IMG/VR virus record: IMGVR_UViG_3300020148_000038
Origin: an uncultured virus (IMG/VR IMGVR_UViG_3300020148_000038)
Lineage: Duplodnaviria > Heunggongvirae > Uroviricota > Caudoviricetes
Length of the DNA: 64,000 nt
Reading direction: 5' to 3' (one strand)
Of the stretch, positions 28,792-38,092 are shown piece after piece. The notes under the pieces were generated by a model. That model made no database searches and had not been told where the DNA came from. It saw nothing but the letters and a program-made list of their open reading frames with translations. Positions within the stretch are counted from its first letter, which is position 1. Each line of letters begins with the position of its first letter. The translations under genes were made by a program, and so were the position numbers.

Positions 28792-29397
28792 TTAGATAAG
28801 TGAGCGGAGTAGCTGTTCGTCATGTCCGTACTTTTCCTTCAAGCGCGCAAGCCATGCTTCTGACTTGATTTTGAACATGATGGGACGACGGCGGTTATCT
28901 AGGTCGCCTTTACATACTACGCCTTCTAAGGTCATGTATTCCAATGTCGAGTTCTTAACGGATTCAATGAATGGTTGATTAGCTTTGCCCTGATAGAGAA
29001 GTGGCGCGGTTTCTAAACCGTTCATAGCCTTCAAGAACTCTTTAGGAGGAAGCAGTCCCTTCTTGCAAATATGAAGATCGAACATCGTCACAAAATGCTC
29101 TTCGTCTTCATGTTGTCCGGCGAAACTGTTCTTTCCATAGAACTCGAAGAAAGCAGTAGCCTTTTCGAACTTTTGTGCTCTGAAAACCCTTTCGAGGTCG
29201 TCAGCATACTTATTCTGGAAAAGAGATATTGCCTCTCCCAGAGGTTCGTTCTCATCAAGAAGACGGTGACGTGTTCCGAACTTGGTGAATCCGGTTTTGC
29301 GAGTCCATTCCGCTCTGATGTTCGAGCCATCCAGCTTGTCAAAAGCATAGATGGTGGCGTCGGTAACGATAGTGTTAATACTTGGATATGATTCCAT
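28792..29397 (-). CDS. RNA ligase-like adenylyltransferase (Rnl2-like, core domain only)
   Basis: Motif I DKLDGSN, III EFYG, IIIa FD, IV EGVV, V FKIKS; start after GAAAGGA RBS. Confidence 0.8.
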   Translation of the reverse strand: MESYPSINTIVTDATIYAFDKLDGSNIRAEWTRKTGFTKFGTRHRLLDENEPLGEAISLFQNKYADDLERVFRAQKFEKATAFFEFYGKNSFAGQHEDEEHFVTMFDLHICKKGLLPPKEFLKAMNGLETAPLLYQGKANQPFIESVKNSTLEYMTLEGVVCKGDLDNRRRPIMFKIKSEAWLARLKEKYGHDEQLLRSLI

Positions 29398-29579
29398 GAG
29401 GAATCCTTTCGAATAAGGGCGATGTTTGGATCGCAAGAAATAAGTGTTGTCTTCAAGCCCGAAGTGAACGATGTCACTTGACGTGAGCCTTGTTGCATAG
29501 ACGTAGAGACGTGTTGCTATGCAGCTAGTTCAGACGAGAACAACCATTTCTTTATAGCCTCTTTCGTGATTAACGGTTA

Positions 29580-29608
29580 ATAATATCAGATAAAAAGACG
29601 AAAGGCAA
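29580..29608 (-). promoter_or_regulatory. sigmaA-type promoter TTGCCT-17-TATTAT
   Basis: About 180 nt upstream of the ligase start. Confidence 0.5.
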
Positions 29609-29609
29609 T

Positions 29610-30380
29610 TTAGAACTTGCCGCGCAAAGCAACCTCTGCTGTATCACTCAATTTCGCTGGGTAAAGTTCTTTTTCGTTTGCAGCAAGTAGCGCTGGAACG
29701 ACAAAAAACTTGGCATCCGGATAGTCAGCATCTGTGATGGTTCCTACGTTGATAGATTCAAGCTGTTCGTTCTTTTCGACGCAGTAAGGCTGATAGGATT
29801 CTTTTACGTTAACTCGAATATCTCTTGTGGTGTAATTGATAGCATCGCCGGTAGCTTCGGTGGAGTATTGAGTTCCCTTTGGAATGATGACTTCCTCTCC
29901 TACTTCGAATGGGTTGTGTGCTACAACGAATGTTGAGAGGTGGTAATCCGAATAAGAAAACACATCTTGCTTGGTGAAGTTTCCTAACAAGTAGTTTCCT
30001 GCGTCCTTGCCCGCCAGCGCGACCTTTCCGGCACGGAATCCAGCCCTGAATGCCGCTGTGTGAATTTCGTCAGGGTCGTTATCTTCGGCATATTGGAACA
30101 ACGCTGCATCTGGGTCTTCAGAACCGAACTCAAATGAGTTCTGGAAGCCGTTAAGGTAGTCTTCTGCATGCATACTGGCGAATGCTGGCTCTTGTTCGAT
30201 TGCGTGTGCAAACTCTACTGGTGCTGCGCCAAGCTCTTCGTGGGAGACTTGCATTGGTGGAGCGCCCTGGGCGCGAGCTAAAGCCGCTGGTGAGGCGCTT
30301 TCAGGCAGTATATGGTAAGTCTGGAAGAATTGCTTACCGTTTCTGGTTACTACTTTAGTAACGGGGATTTTGTTAGTCAT
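29610..30380 (-). CDS. Variant-leader protein, paralogue of 63414-64000
   Basis: MTNKIPVTKVVTRNGKQFFQTYHI; NPFEVGEEVIIPKGT. Confidence 0.85.
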   Translation of the reverse strand: MTNKIPVTKVVTRNGKQFFQTYHILPESASPAALARAQGAPPMQVSHEELGAAPVEFAHAIEQEPAFASMHAEDYLNGFQNSFEFGSEDPDAALFQYAEDNDPDEIHTAAFRAGFRAGKVALAGKDAGNYLLGNFTKQDVFSYSDYHLSTFVVAHNPFEVGEEVIIPKGTQYSTEATGDAINYTTRDIRVNVKESYQPYCVEKNEQLESINVGTITDADYPDAKFFVVPALLAANEKELYPAKLSDTAEVALRGKF

Positions 30381-30404
30381 AGGTGGCTCCTGATTGTCAC
30401 CTAT

Positions 30405-30425
30405 ACTTTATCGGGAATAGACGAC
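30405..30425 (-). promoter_or_regulatory. GTC-class promoter (GTCG-N11-TAAAGT)
   Basis: Upstream of AGGAG RBS and ATG 30380. Confidence 0.65.
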
Positions 30426-30443
30426 ATTCACCTCTTGATTACA

Positions 30444-31082
30444 TCAATCAATAAGCGATTTTGCAACATCTGGATCGATGTCGTTTTCTAAGAAATATGG
30501 AATCTCGTACACAGAAATTCCGGAATCAATATATCGCACAGCTTTGCTGTAATAATCGGTTCCCATGCTGTCCATGACGATGGTCTTCTCACGAAGATAT
30601 TCGGTTGGTTTAATTTCACCTTGCGCCTTGATTATTTTCCTCATGGCGCGATAGATTACTTTGGGGTGCATGATGAATAGATCGTTGAAGTCAAATCCGG
30701 CGAGCAGTAATGCATGTATCTGATATATACTAATGTTTCGTTTCAGCAGGTGCTGATATCTGTTCACATTTCGTTGGATATCGTCCCATACCGAATAATC
30801 ATCTGGTATGAATACGTCGGCCGTTGCTAGGATGAGCTTGATGATGTCGTCATCAAACCCATGCCTTCTCACCTTGATGTATTCGAACAAAGTGATGCAG
30901 TTTGGGTATCGATTAAGATCTATGAAAAGCCGAACAAATGGTGAGTGCCCGTTTTCTCTGATGACAACTCCGAGGAACATGTCGAATTTCATTGCTTCTT
31001 TGAGCGAAAGGAGGCGCACTTTAGTTGATCGGTTCCTTCGTCTCGGAATAAAACGATGGAAAGAAAATGTTGTGGTTTTCAA
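30444..31082 (-). CDS. C-terminal GIDxD-family protein
   Basis: Ends FLENDIDPDVAKSLID; TTGTAT-17-TAAGAT at 31133-31105; start uncertain. Confidence 0.75.
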   Translation of the reverse strand: MKTTTFSFHRFIPRRRNRSTKVRLLSLKEAMKFDMFLGVVIRENGHSPFVRLFIDLNRYPNCITLFEYIKVRRHGFDDDIIKLILATADVFIPDDYSVWDDIQRNVNRYQHLLKRNISIYQIHALLLAGFDFNDLFIMHPKVIYRAMRKIIKAQGEIKPTEYLREKTIVMDSMGTDYYSKAVRYIDSGISVYEIPYFLENDIDPDVAKSLID

Positions 31083-31148
31083 CCCTCATACTCCATTCAA
31101 TCCCATCTTACTTTACGGATGTAAAGGATACAACCCATTGTTTTTAAA

Positions 31149-31177
31149 TTGACATTGTTCGTGTTTTCAAGTATTAT
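31149..31177 (+). promoter_or_regulatory. sigmaA-type promoter TTGACA-17-TATTAT, leaderless
   Basis: 7 nt before ATG 31185. Confidence 0.75.
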
Positions 31178-31184
31178 TCCAGAT

Positions 31185-31829
31185 ATGGCTTCTAAATCCA
31201 AGAGGCGCGGTCAGAAGTTCGACAAAAGACGGAGCGCAAAACAGGTTGAGCAGATGCTCGCTTCTGGGTCATACCGTGTTAAATTGAATGCGGAAATCGA
31301 GTCGGATTTTAAAAACCTCACTGAGTTGTATGCTGCACGTGCAGCAAGGTCAAATCCTATCGTTCCTGAACCTTTCTACGTTTGTGCAATAGCTGTACTG
31401 CTAGAAACGCATTATCCATACTTTACCTATATTGCTATATCCAACCAATTGAGAGACTATAAGGAAAGAGCGCTGGATAGCATTGCCGATATTTTTGATT
31501 GTAATCTTTCGAAAGGCTCCTTGAATTATCCCAAACATGCAATTTCTCATTTCAATTCCGAGTTGGCGATTTCGGAGTTAGTAGCTTTGATTCGAAGCGG
31601 AAGAATGGTGAGCCATTTACCCGATTTTAATGGTAAGGCAATCCGTCATGTTAAAGATGACCGGTTCGCTCATTTTTGGGGAGCAATGATTGAAAGGCAT
31701 CACGATTTAGCCGTCCAGTTGTACCGACAACATTTTAAGAACGTGAATATTTATGATGATGTTCTAAAAGGTCTTGATGAGGGCATTGATTTGGATATCG
31801 TCTTATCTATGTTGCAAAGTGATGGATGA
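31185..31829 (+). CDS. C-terminal GIDxD-family protein
   Basis: Ends GLDEGIDLDIVLSMLQSDG; start re-assigned. Confidence 0.8.
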   Translation: MASKSKRRGQKFDKRRSAKQVEQMLASGSYRVKLNAEIESDFKNLTELYAARAARSNPIVPEPFYVCAIAVLLETHYPYFTYIAISNQLRDYKERALDSIADIFDCNLSKGSLNYPKHAISHFNSELAISELVALIRSGRMVSHLPDFNGKAIRHVKDDRFAHFWGAMIERHHDLAVQLYRQHFKNVNIYDDVLKGLDEGIDLDIVLSMLQSDG

Positions 31830-31898
31830 TGAGAAAGATGTTTCATTACTTACATCGGCTCAATTTTGATATACTTCACCAGACGATTGTGGAGGAAG

Positions 31899-32321
31899 AT
31901 GATGTCTAGCGCAGATGTTGCAGATAATGAGTCACCGATTCGGTTCTCTTCGAGAGAAGAAATCTTTTCCTTGTTTGAGGATGAGCGTTTCAGGAACTTC
32001 ATTGAAAGACATGTCTCTTCTTTTGTGGTCACGTTGCTGCCACCTGATTTAGCAGATAATCCCGATTCTCGTTACTACTTGGTCAATGTAGAGAAACGGG
32101 GACCGTTCCGTTGGGCGGTATCCGACAGGTTTCAACAGTATGATATCAATTGTGTAGCTGTTCACGAGGCGCTTCCATCATCCAGGGACGAAGACTTCAT
32201 TAAGAACTACCGACACGATCTCCTAACCGCAGTAGATTTAGCTTTCAGGGTGGCAGAAATCATCAATGTCAACGGATGGACAGTTGACAGGTTTGTTGAG
32301 CGTGAAAGACAGAGAGCTTAG
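31899..32321 (+). CDS. Hypothetical protein
   Basis: GGAGGA RBS before MMSSAD; start approximate. Confidence 0.7.
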   Translation: MMSSADVADNESPIRFSSREEIFSLFEDERFRNFIERHVSSFVVTLLPPDLADNPDSRYYLVNVEKRGPFRWAVSDRFQQYDINCVAVHEALPSSRDEDFIKNYRHDLLTAVDLAFRVAEIINVNGWTVDRFVERERQRA

Positions 32322-32459
32322 TATTATAGTTCGAATCAGTATATTCCAGCACCCCAGAACTAGGTACATTTACCCTAATTTGTGATGCATGCATCAATGT
32401 ATCTATATGATTGTCTTTACAAACATATGATGTTTGCAAAACTACAAGGAGTACAACTT

Positions 32460-34130
32460 ATGTTGCGTAATGATGCAGCCGAGAACTCAATCATGCAGAC
32501 CATCACTATTGCTGTTTCGGCAATCTTGATTGCTGCTGGTTTGGTTACGGCACCAGGACTTATCAATAATGCGCGCGATAACAACGCCAAGACCGACTTG
32601 GCTAATATCGCCTATGCGCAATCCTTTGTTCAGGGTATTTCTGGACAATACTATGCTGTGGACGGCGAAAATACATTCATCACTATTGGTCAGGAAATGG
32701 CTGAAACGGGAGCTTCGAGAGCGGAGGCGGTTAACAACCTCCAGTATGTTGCAGAGAACCTTGGATTGAATGGTTTAGGAACCTCTGTTGCTCTTGCTGA
32801 CGACAGAGGTGGTGTGTCAATCACACTCTCTGGCGATGTTACCGGACATATCGCAGCAACTTGTGACACATCTCCTTATTTCTTGCTGAAGGCTCAATCT
32901 GATTCCGGTAAGTGGTTCTACCGTGGTTCAGGTTCAGCATTGACCTCTTCTGATGTGAATGACATTCTCTCTGAAGTTCCATCTAAGGTAACCACTGCAT
33001 GTCCTAGTTTTGGTGATGGATTCGAAGAAACCGAAGGTAGTGATCCTGGCAACGACGATGATGAAACTCCTGTGGTCGTTCCTGACTACGCGAACTATGC
33101 GATTACCAACAGTGTAGAGGCTACATCTTATAGCGGCGCACCAATTCCCGAGCTTGAAGATGGAATAATTCTAACTACCTGGGATCTAGGTGCTGACAGG
33201 TTGCCTTGGACATTAACGCACTCGGAACCCGAGAGCGAAACTTGGGCATCAATTGTTTCTGATGTGGAAATTATCATTGCCAATCATGCATACACTGATA
33301 TTAATTCAGGAGAAATAGAAGTATTCCATTACCGTGGCGAGTTGGATGACGAAGGAACTTATATGGTGGGACTTTCTGAATCCGCTGTTCTCAAGCTAGT
33401 AGATGACGGAGCTTTGTATGATTTTGTTACTGACGGATGGATTTCCTTAACCCTCGATGGGGTCGAGGACAATGTTTTGAGAAACGAAATCAGTAATGAA
33501 TCGATGATTGACTACTTATACGAAGATCTCAACATTCCGTTACCACCTGACCCACAAATGGGTGGAAGTATCAACACTCCTATGCGTGGTAACTATGGAA
33601 TCTTCTGTACTGAGGGTATGTCTTCAAACCCCAACACTACATGGTGTCCAAACCCCGTCAATTCACACAGCGAGCTATTCATTACCAATTACACATGGCA
33701 GAATGGTTCTTGGTCGAGTAGATACAACGGCTCGCCATATGACAGAGTTCTTCCGTCCAGAATGGGAGACGGCTCTGGTGAGGTTCAGGTTCTCTCTGCC
33801 TACGCAGAAGTCAATGGTGGAGCAAAGGAACAGGTTCAGATTGTTCTCGATAACGGTTACGTCTTCTATGGCGCTTCCAACCATGATTACACATGGGACG
33901 AAGAGGCTGCTAATGCATTCTGGTTCGAGATTAGAAGTGAATCTAACCTTACTGTGGGAACCGATGGTCAATTCGATGACCGACATTTCGAAATACTTGA
34001 CATGAGCAACAACAGTCTTATTGATTCGGGTATAGAGAATGTGATCCTGACCGATGTGCAGGTTATGATGCCTGGCGCAACTCAGCCAATGTGGATTAGA
34101 ATTAGCTGGGGATTCCCGGTTACCGTCTAA
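32460..34130 (+). CDS. Pilin-like N-terminus family copy 5
   Basis: MLRNDAAENSIMQT..; AAGGAG RBS; ends PGATQPMWIRI. Confidence 0.88.
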   Translation: MLRNDAAENSIMQTITIAVSAILIAAGLVTAPGLINNARDNNAKTDLANIAYAQSFVQGISGQYYAVDGENTFITIGQEMAETGASRAEAVNNLQYVAENLGLNGLGTSVALADDRGGVSITLSGDVTGHIAATCDTSPYFLLKAQSDSGKWFYRGSGSALTSSDVNDILSEVPSKVTTACPSFGDGFEETEGSDPGNDDDETPVVVPDYANYAITNSVEATSYSGAPIPELEDGIILTTWDLGADRLPWTLTHSEPESETWASIVSDVEIIIANHAYTDINSGEIEVFHYRGELDDEGTYMVGLSESAVLKLVDDGALYDFVTDGWISLTLDGVEDNVLRNEISNESMIDYLYEDLNIPLPPDPQMGGSINTPMRGNYGIFCTEGMSSNPNTTWCPNPVNSHSELFITNYTWQNGSWSSRYNGSPYDRVLPSRMGDGSGEVQVLSAYAEVNGGAKEQVQIVLDNGYVFYGASNHDYTWDEEAANAFWFEIRSESNLTVGTDGQFDDRHFEILDMSNNSLIDSGIENVILTDVQVMMPGATQPMWIRISWGFPVTV

Positions 34131-34140
34131 TCCCGTGACA

Positions 34141-34180
34141 AAGAACCCCGGATAAGAGAAATCACATTCGGGGTTCTTTG
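34141..34180. terminator. Intrinsic terminator between convergent genes
   Basis: AAGAACCCCG..CGGGGTTCTT. Confidence 0.7.
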
Positions 34181-34190
34181 TGTTTTAAAC

Positions 34191-34802
34191 CTAAAGAGCG
34201 CTTGCTACATCAGGGTCGATACCGTTCGTGATTAATTTGTCGATTAGGTCGATATCTCGAATTCCCGTTTTGAAATAGCTAACACGTCTAGGGTCTTCAT
34301 GGCAGGCAAGCAGTAGGTCACTGAGCAAACCGTCGTAGAGTGAATTTTGCCAGTCTTCAAACACAGACCTATATTTGAATACATCAATCAAATTGGTTTG
34401 GGTTATCACTTCGTCTGTGATTCCCGCCGAGATGGCCGCAATGATAATAGCCTTGCTGTCGGTACTCCCCGCAAGGGCTTCCAAGCGGGCTTTTGTGAGT
34501 GTTTTCAGACGGTGTTCGGTTAGGATATTAAAATGCTTAACGTTGTTCAAAGCCTTGGCGAAATCAATATCGATATCAGCTTGAATAAACCTAATCGCAT
34601 CGCGGGCAGGGAGCGCAGTCATTCCATGAACTACAAGAGTTTTGCCGATGCCATCATTGTAATATCCGAAAATTTGATAGGCATAACTCGGCGCGACTGC
34701 ATACCACCCTCTCGGTTTCATGTGGTCGCGGAAAAATCGCCAATCATATTCTTTGCTCGTGGCTGCGGAAAACGAGTCAGGGAAGCGTCCATATGTCATC
34801 AC
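34191..34802 (-). CDS. C-terminal GIDxD-family protein (motif present twice)
   Basis: Internal FIQADIDIDFAKAL and terminal LITNGIDPDVASAL. Confidence 0.8.
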   Translation of the reverse strand: MMTYGRFPDSFSAATSKEYDWRFFRDHMKPRGWYAVAPSYAYQIFGYYNDGIGKTLVVHGMTALPARDAIRFIQADIDIDFAKALNNVKHFNILTEHRLKTLTKARLEALAGSTDSKAIIIAAISAGITDEVITQTNLIDVFKYRSVFEDWQNSLYDGLLSDLLLACHEDPRRVSYFKTGIRDIDLIDKLITNGIDPDVASAL

Positions 34803-34842
34803 AATATTAGACGTTCCCCTCTATAACTCAGATTTTGTCGGT

Positions 34843-35013
34843 TCAATAGTACCAGGCTGCGGACTTCAGACCTCGCGGTCCGCGAGTGCGCTCGTGATCG
34901 TTCAGGTTGTTGCGACGAGACGCGCGGGAGGCGGCTCGCTTGATGTGCTTACGCACACGAGCGCCCTGACGGGTCGTGGACTTCCACTGAGCGTTGTCCC
35001 AGGGAGATGCCAT
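34843..35013 (-). CDS. Small Arg-rich basic protein (56 aa)
   Basis: AAGGAG RBS; TTGTAT-17-TATATT promoter at 35079-35051. Confidence 0.7.
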   Translation of the reverse strand: MASPWDNAQWKSTTRQGARVRKHIKRAASRASRRNNLNDHERTRGPRGLKSAAWYY

Positions 35014-35090
35014 TTCTATTTCTCCTTTGTTTGAACGGTTTAGTTGTATCAATATACCATGTTTCTGTCTAGAATACAAGCATAGAGAGC

Positions 35091-35119
35091 TTGCCAAATA
35101 TCACAGAAAATGATAAACT
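35091..35119 (+). promoter_or_regulatory. sigmaA-type promoter TTGCCA-17-TAAACT
   Basis: Upstream of AGGAGG RBS and ATG 35148. Confidence 0.65.
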
Positions 35120-35147
35120 AGAATAGTAGAAGGAGGTGAGAGTATAG

Positions 35148-35687
35148 ATGTCAAGCAAACCAACGATTCTTTTAGATGTTGACGGAGTTGTCAACATAGT
35201 CAACAGTCGTGAAGAGGCGGCAAGATTGTGGGATGGGAAAATTATCACACAATATATCGAGCACACCGAGGATCGTAGGGGTAATAGTGGCTATACGGTT
35301 AACATTGCTACGGATGTCATCAACACTCTCAACTTCCTGAATGAATTGGGCGGCATCGAGGTTAAGTGGCTCACCACGTGGGTTCACAACACCAAAGAAC
35401 TATGCACTCTTGGTGTTCCCGATTTCTATTTCTTGGAGCGACCTGTCCACGAGTCCGATAATTGGTGGAAGTGGGATGTCGTCAAAAATCTTGTTTCTAC
35501 GCTCGATGAAGATACCCCTATTCTCTGGATAGATGACGAGCACGGCTACGATCCAAACGTTGTAAGATGGCTGCTTACCGATCCGGCAGCAGAAAGTATT
35601 GAGGTTATCTCCCCCGACACTTTTGAAGGTCTTACTCCAGAGCATCTTTTGCGTATTCGCAAATGGGCTACTTCGCAGATTCCCTGA
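35148..35687 (+). CDS. HAD-superfamily phosphatase (Swiss-Army-Knife RNA-repair HAD type)
   Basis: LLDVDGVVN, WLTTW, K, LWIDD, GLT motifs. Confidence 0.85.
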   Translation: MSSKPTILLDVDGVVNIVNSREEAARLWDGKIITQYIEHTEDRRGNSGYTVNIATDVINTLNFLNELGGIEVKWLTTWVHNTKELCTLGVPDFYFLERPVHESDNWWKWDVVKNLVSTLDEDTPILWIDDEHGYDPNVVRWLLTDPAAESIEVISPDTFEGLTPEHLLRIRKWATSQIP

Positions 35688-35714
35688 CTGCCGCCATCCT
35701 GATTCTTAACATAT

Positions 35715-35735
35715 GTCTGCACATTCTTGTATATT
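35715..35735 (+). promoter_or_regulatory. GTC-class promoter (GTCT-N11-TATATT), leaderless
   Basis: 6 nt before ATG 35742. Confidence 0.65.
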
Positions 35736-35741
35736 TATGTT

Positions 35742-36557
35742 ATGAATCTTACGAAAACTCCTGTTATTCGCAAAGATGGTGTTCATACATATGTCTGGAA
35801 GAAACTTCCGAAGCTTGGCAAAACTCTATCTAGGGCTTTTGGGGTTCCACCTACCCCTGCTTCTTATTCTTCTTTTGAAGATCTGAGCAAAATACCCGAT
35901 GCTGTCAACATTGACAGGCGGAAACATTTTGTTGCTAGGAACGACTCAATTCCCGCTGTTAGATGTCCTTTGTGTTTGACACCGTTAAGCACGGAAGATT
36001 CAAAAGAATTCGGAAACCATCAAGTTGAGTGCGCTAAGTGTCACACAACACTTCAGCCGAGTTACAAGTTAGGAAATTATCACAGGGTAGAATTGGGTAT
36101 ACGCGCCAAACATTTAAAATATCTCGACACTGCTGGAGTGAAGGGTGACTTCTGGTATCACATCACCATCAATCCGAATTGGGGCGAAGACCTAAGAAGA
36201 GCCAAAGGAGTAAATAACGGCAAACCTTTTGTTCATCTTGGGCAGCCATCAACATTGCTGGACAGAGCGTATGAGCTTGAAAACCGACACCACGAACAAC
36301 CCATATATGTGTACAAGGTGAGAATCAAACCACAGGCGAAGATATCGAATAAATGGAACCCGGATACCGATGGCATTCACCCAGAGGACACTAATGACTT
36401 ATCCGGTCGTTACTCTGGCTATTCGGCTACCGAAGTGAATAGATATATTAACGCTTGGGAAGATGCTGGCACTGTGTCTTTAATGACGGTGATGGATAAT
36501 ATTCAAGTTTTAGAGAGATTGACTCAGGAAGAATTTGAAGACGAGTTCGTAGATTAA
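35742..36557 (+). CDS. Variant-leader protein, Zn ribbon plus ART-PolyVal-like domain
   Basis: MNLTKTPVIRKDGVHTYVWKK; CPLC..CAKC; WYHIT..HLG..YVYKV..RYINAWEDAGTVS; paralogue of 44618. Confidence 0.7.
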   Translation: MNLTKTPVIRKDGVHTYVWKKLPKLGKTLSRAFGVPPTPASYSSFEDLSKIPDAVNIDRRKHFVARNDSIPAVRCPLCLTPLSTEDSKEFGNHQVECAKCHTTLQPSYKLGNYHRVELGIRAKHLKYLDTAGVKGDFWYHITINPNWGEDLRRAKGVNNGKPFVHLGQPSTLLDRAYELENRHHEQPIYVYKVRIKPQAKISNKWNPDTDGIHPEDTNDLSGRYSGYSATEVNRYINAWEDAGTVSLMTVMDNIQVLERLTQEEFEDEFVD

Positions 36558-36632
36558 TTCGAATATCTCTCGGTCTGTTACTTTGATATAAATTCGACTC
36601 AATTCAGAATTGTTCTCACTCTTTCAAAGAAT

Positions 36633-36764
36633 ATGAAGACACGATTTTCTATTTTAGTATTTGGATTTGCTATTTTAGTATTTGTAGTGTATTCTCTAAA
36701 TATCGAGTTGATGGTAATGCGACAGTTACTTCAACTAACATCAATACTGCATGGTGGCTATTAG
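36633..36764 (+). CDS. Possible 43-aa single-TM peptide
   Basis: MKTRFSILVFGFAILVFVVYSLNIELMVMRQLLQLTSILHGGY; below ORF-track cutoff; may instead be non-coding (see findings). Confidence 0.35.
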   Translation: MKTRFSILVFGFAILVFVVYSLNIELMVMRQLLQLTSILHGGY

Positions 36765-36769
36765 ATGTT

Positions 36770-36818
36770 AATAGCCGCCCGATATTTCATGGTGTGTATC
36801 GGGCGGCTATTTCTCTTC
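36770..36818 (+). terminator. Intrinsic terminator
   Basis: AATAGCCGCCCGATA..TATCGGGCGGCTATT then TCTCTT. Confidence 0.8.
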
Positions 36819-36869
36819 AATTCTTATATGTTTACTAGCTTCCGCGACACGCCGAAGCTACTTCTCGAC

Positions 36870-36899
36870 TTGACAAGACGTGGGATCGTGCCCTATGTT
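36870..36899 (+). promoter_or_regulatory. sigmaA-type promoter TTGACA-18-TATGTT
   Basis: Preceded by CGCGACACGCCG (36843-36854); GAAAGGA RBS downstream. Confidence 0.6.
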
Positions 36900-36952
36900 G
36901 AAGGTGTCGCATTACCAAGCAGTACCTTCATCAACTCGAAAGGAAACATCTA

Positions 36953-37627
36953 ATGTCCAACACCATGAACTCCATCCGTCGTATCCGCCCGATTGCTCCC
37001 GCTCCTGTTGTTGGGAACATCTCCACCCTGCTGAGCACGCTCCACGCTGTTAAGGTGGGCGCAACCACCTCGCGCAGTCTCGCTATTGCTTTCGGGCGTA
37101 GCACGAACACCGCTCTTGGGTACGGGAACACCTCCACTCATCTCGCTTTCGTTCGTCGGCACCAATTCGTTGACGGCAGAAACCTGTACGGCTTCTCCGA
37201 CCTGAGCGAGCAGATGCTTGGAATGAACAACTCAGACCTCATCGGTTTCGCACGACACCTGATCCGCAATGACGAGCTTGTTCGCATCTACGAGAACGAG
37301 GGAATGGAATCCCTCACGAACATCATCAGCCACGACTACGAACTCAACCCGCGTGTGGCTCTGCGGCGTGCTGGTTCGGTTCGCATGTGGGCGAAGAGTG
37401 TTGGCGTTATTTCCGACAAGGAAATCACTCGCGCTCTGAATGACAACTACGCAAGGATGCTCGAATGCCAGAAGGACATCACTCGACGTGCCGAACTTGA
37501 CGAGCGTCGATTTGCGCGAGTGAGCCGAACCGTTTTCCGCGAGCGTATGGACTCCAAGATCTGTCCGGTCTGTTTCACCATTCTTGCTTACACCGGTCGT
37601 TGCGACTCTTGCGCTGACGGCTTCTGA
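36953..37627 (+). CDS. Hypothetical protein with C-terminal Zn ribbon, possible DNA-binding
   Basis: Ends CPVCFTILAYTGRCDSC; GC-rich codon usage. Confidence 0.8.
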   Translation: MSNTMNSIRRIRPIAPAPVVGNISTLLSTLHAVKVGATTSRSLAIAFGRSTNTALGYGNTSTHLAFVRRHQFVDGRNLYGFSDLSEQMLGMNNSDLIGFARHLIRNDELVRIYENEGMESLTNIISHDYELNPRVALRRAGSVRMWAKSVGVISDKEITRALNDNYARMLECQKDITRRAELDERRFARVSRTVFRERMDSKICPVCFTILAYTGRCDSCADGF

Positions 37628-37640
37628 TAGAAGCGGAATC

Positions 37641-37676
37641 AAAGGGTGCTTGGTATGTTTTCGCCAAGCACCCTTT
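37641..37676 (+). terminator. Intrinsic terminator
   Basis: AAAGGGTGCTTGG..CCAAGCACCCTTT. Confidence 0.75.
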
Positions 37677-37693
37677 GGGCAATTGGTGTCTTG

Positions 37694-37722
37694 TTGACTT
37701 CTAATTGAAAGTCTGTTAGTGT
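37694..37722 (+). promoter_or_regulatory. sigmaA-type promoter TTGACT-17-TAGTGT, leaderless
   Basis: 6 nt before ATG 37729. Confidence 0.7.
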
Positions 37723-37728
37723 TTTCTT

Positions 37729-38091
37729 ATGACATATCGAGTTTTGGTAATTGATGATCTCCGTTCGTTTCGTGATGAGCGTGTAGAGGCAGAGGTTACC
37801 TATGCCCGCACTTCGGCCGAGGCTTTGGAGATTCTGAACGACGGAACCTCTTATGATGAGATCTGGTTTGACCATGACCTCGGAATGATTGACGATGACA
37901 GGGTGGATTCCACAATGCCTGTTGTGGATTTCCTTTCCGAGATGTCTTTCAATGACACTCCGTACCCTGTTGACACCGTGCTCGTTCACACAAGCAATCC
38001 GGTGGGCAGGGACAACATCATTCGGTCGCTTTCTCGATGGGGATACAACATCAAAAGCGTTCCTGCCGATGACTATTTCGTAGGAAGTTGA
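37729..38091 (+). CDS. Cyclic-phosphate-processing receiver-domain protein
   Basis: VLVIDDLR, ARTS.EA, FDHDLG, VHTSNPVG motifs. Confidence 0.8.
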   Translation: MTYRVLVIDDLRSFRDERVEAEVTYARTSAEALEILNDGTSYDEIWFDHDLGMIDDDRVDSTMPVVDFLSEMSFNDTPYPVDTVLVHTSNPVGRDNIIRSLSRWGYNIKSVPADDYFVGS

Positions 38092-38092
38092 T

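Noticed and set aside
29400..29580. Small gene between the promoter at 29608 and the RNA ligase
   Set aside because: The frame after the -10 box starts with TTA and stops after ~18 codons; at most a decayed remnant
36843..36854. CGCGACACGCCG as a dedicated regulatory site
   Set aside because: Only one full and one partial copy (21496) in the window; insufficient support
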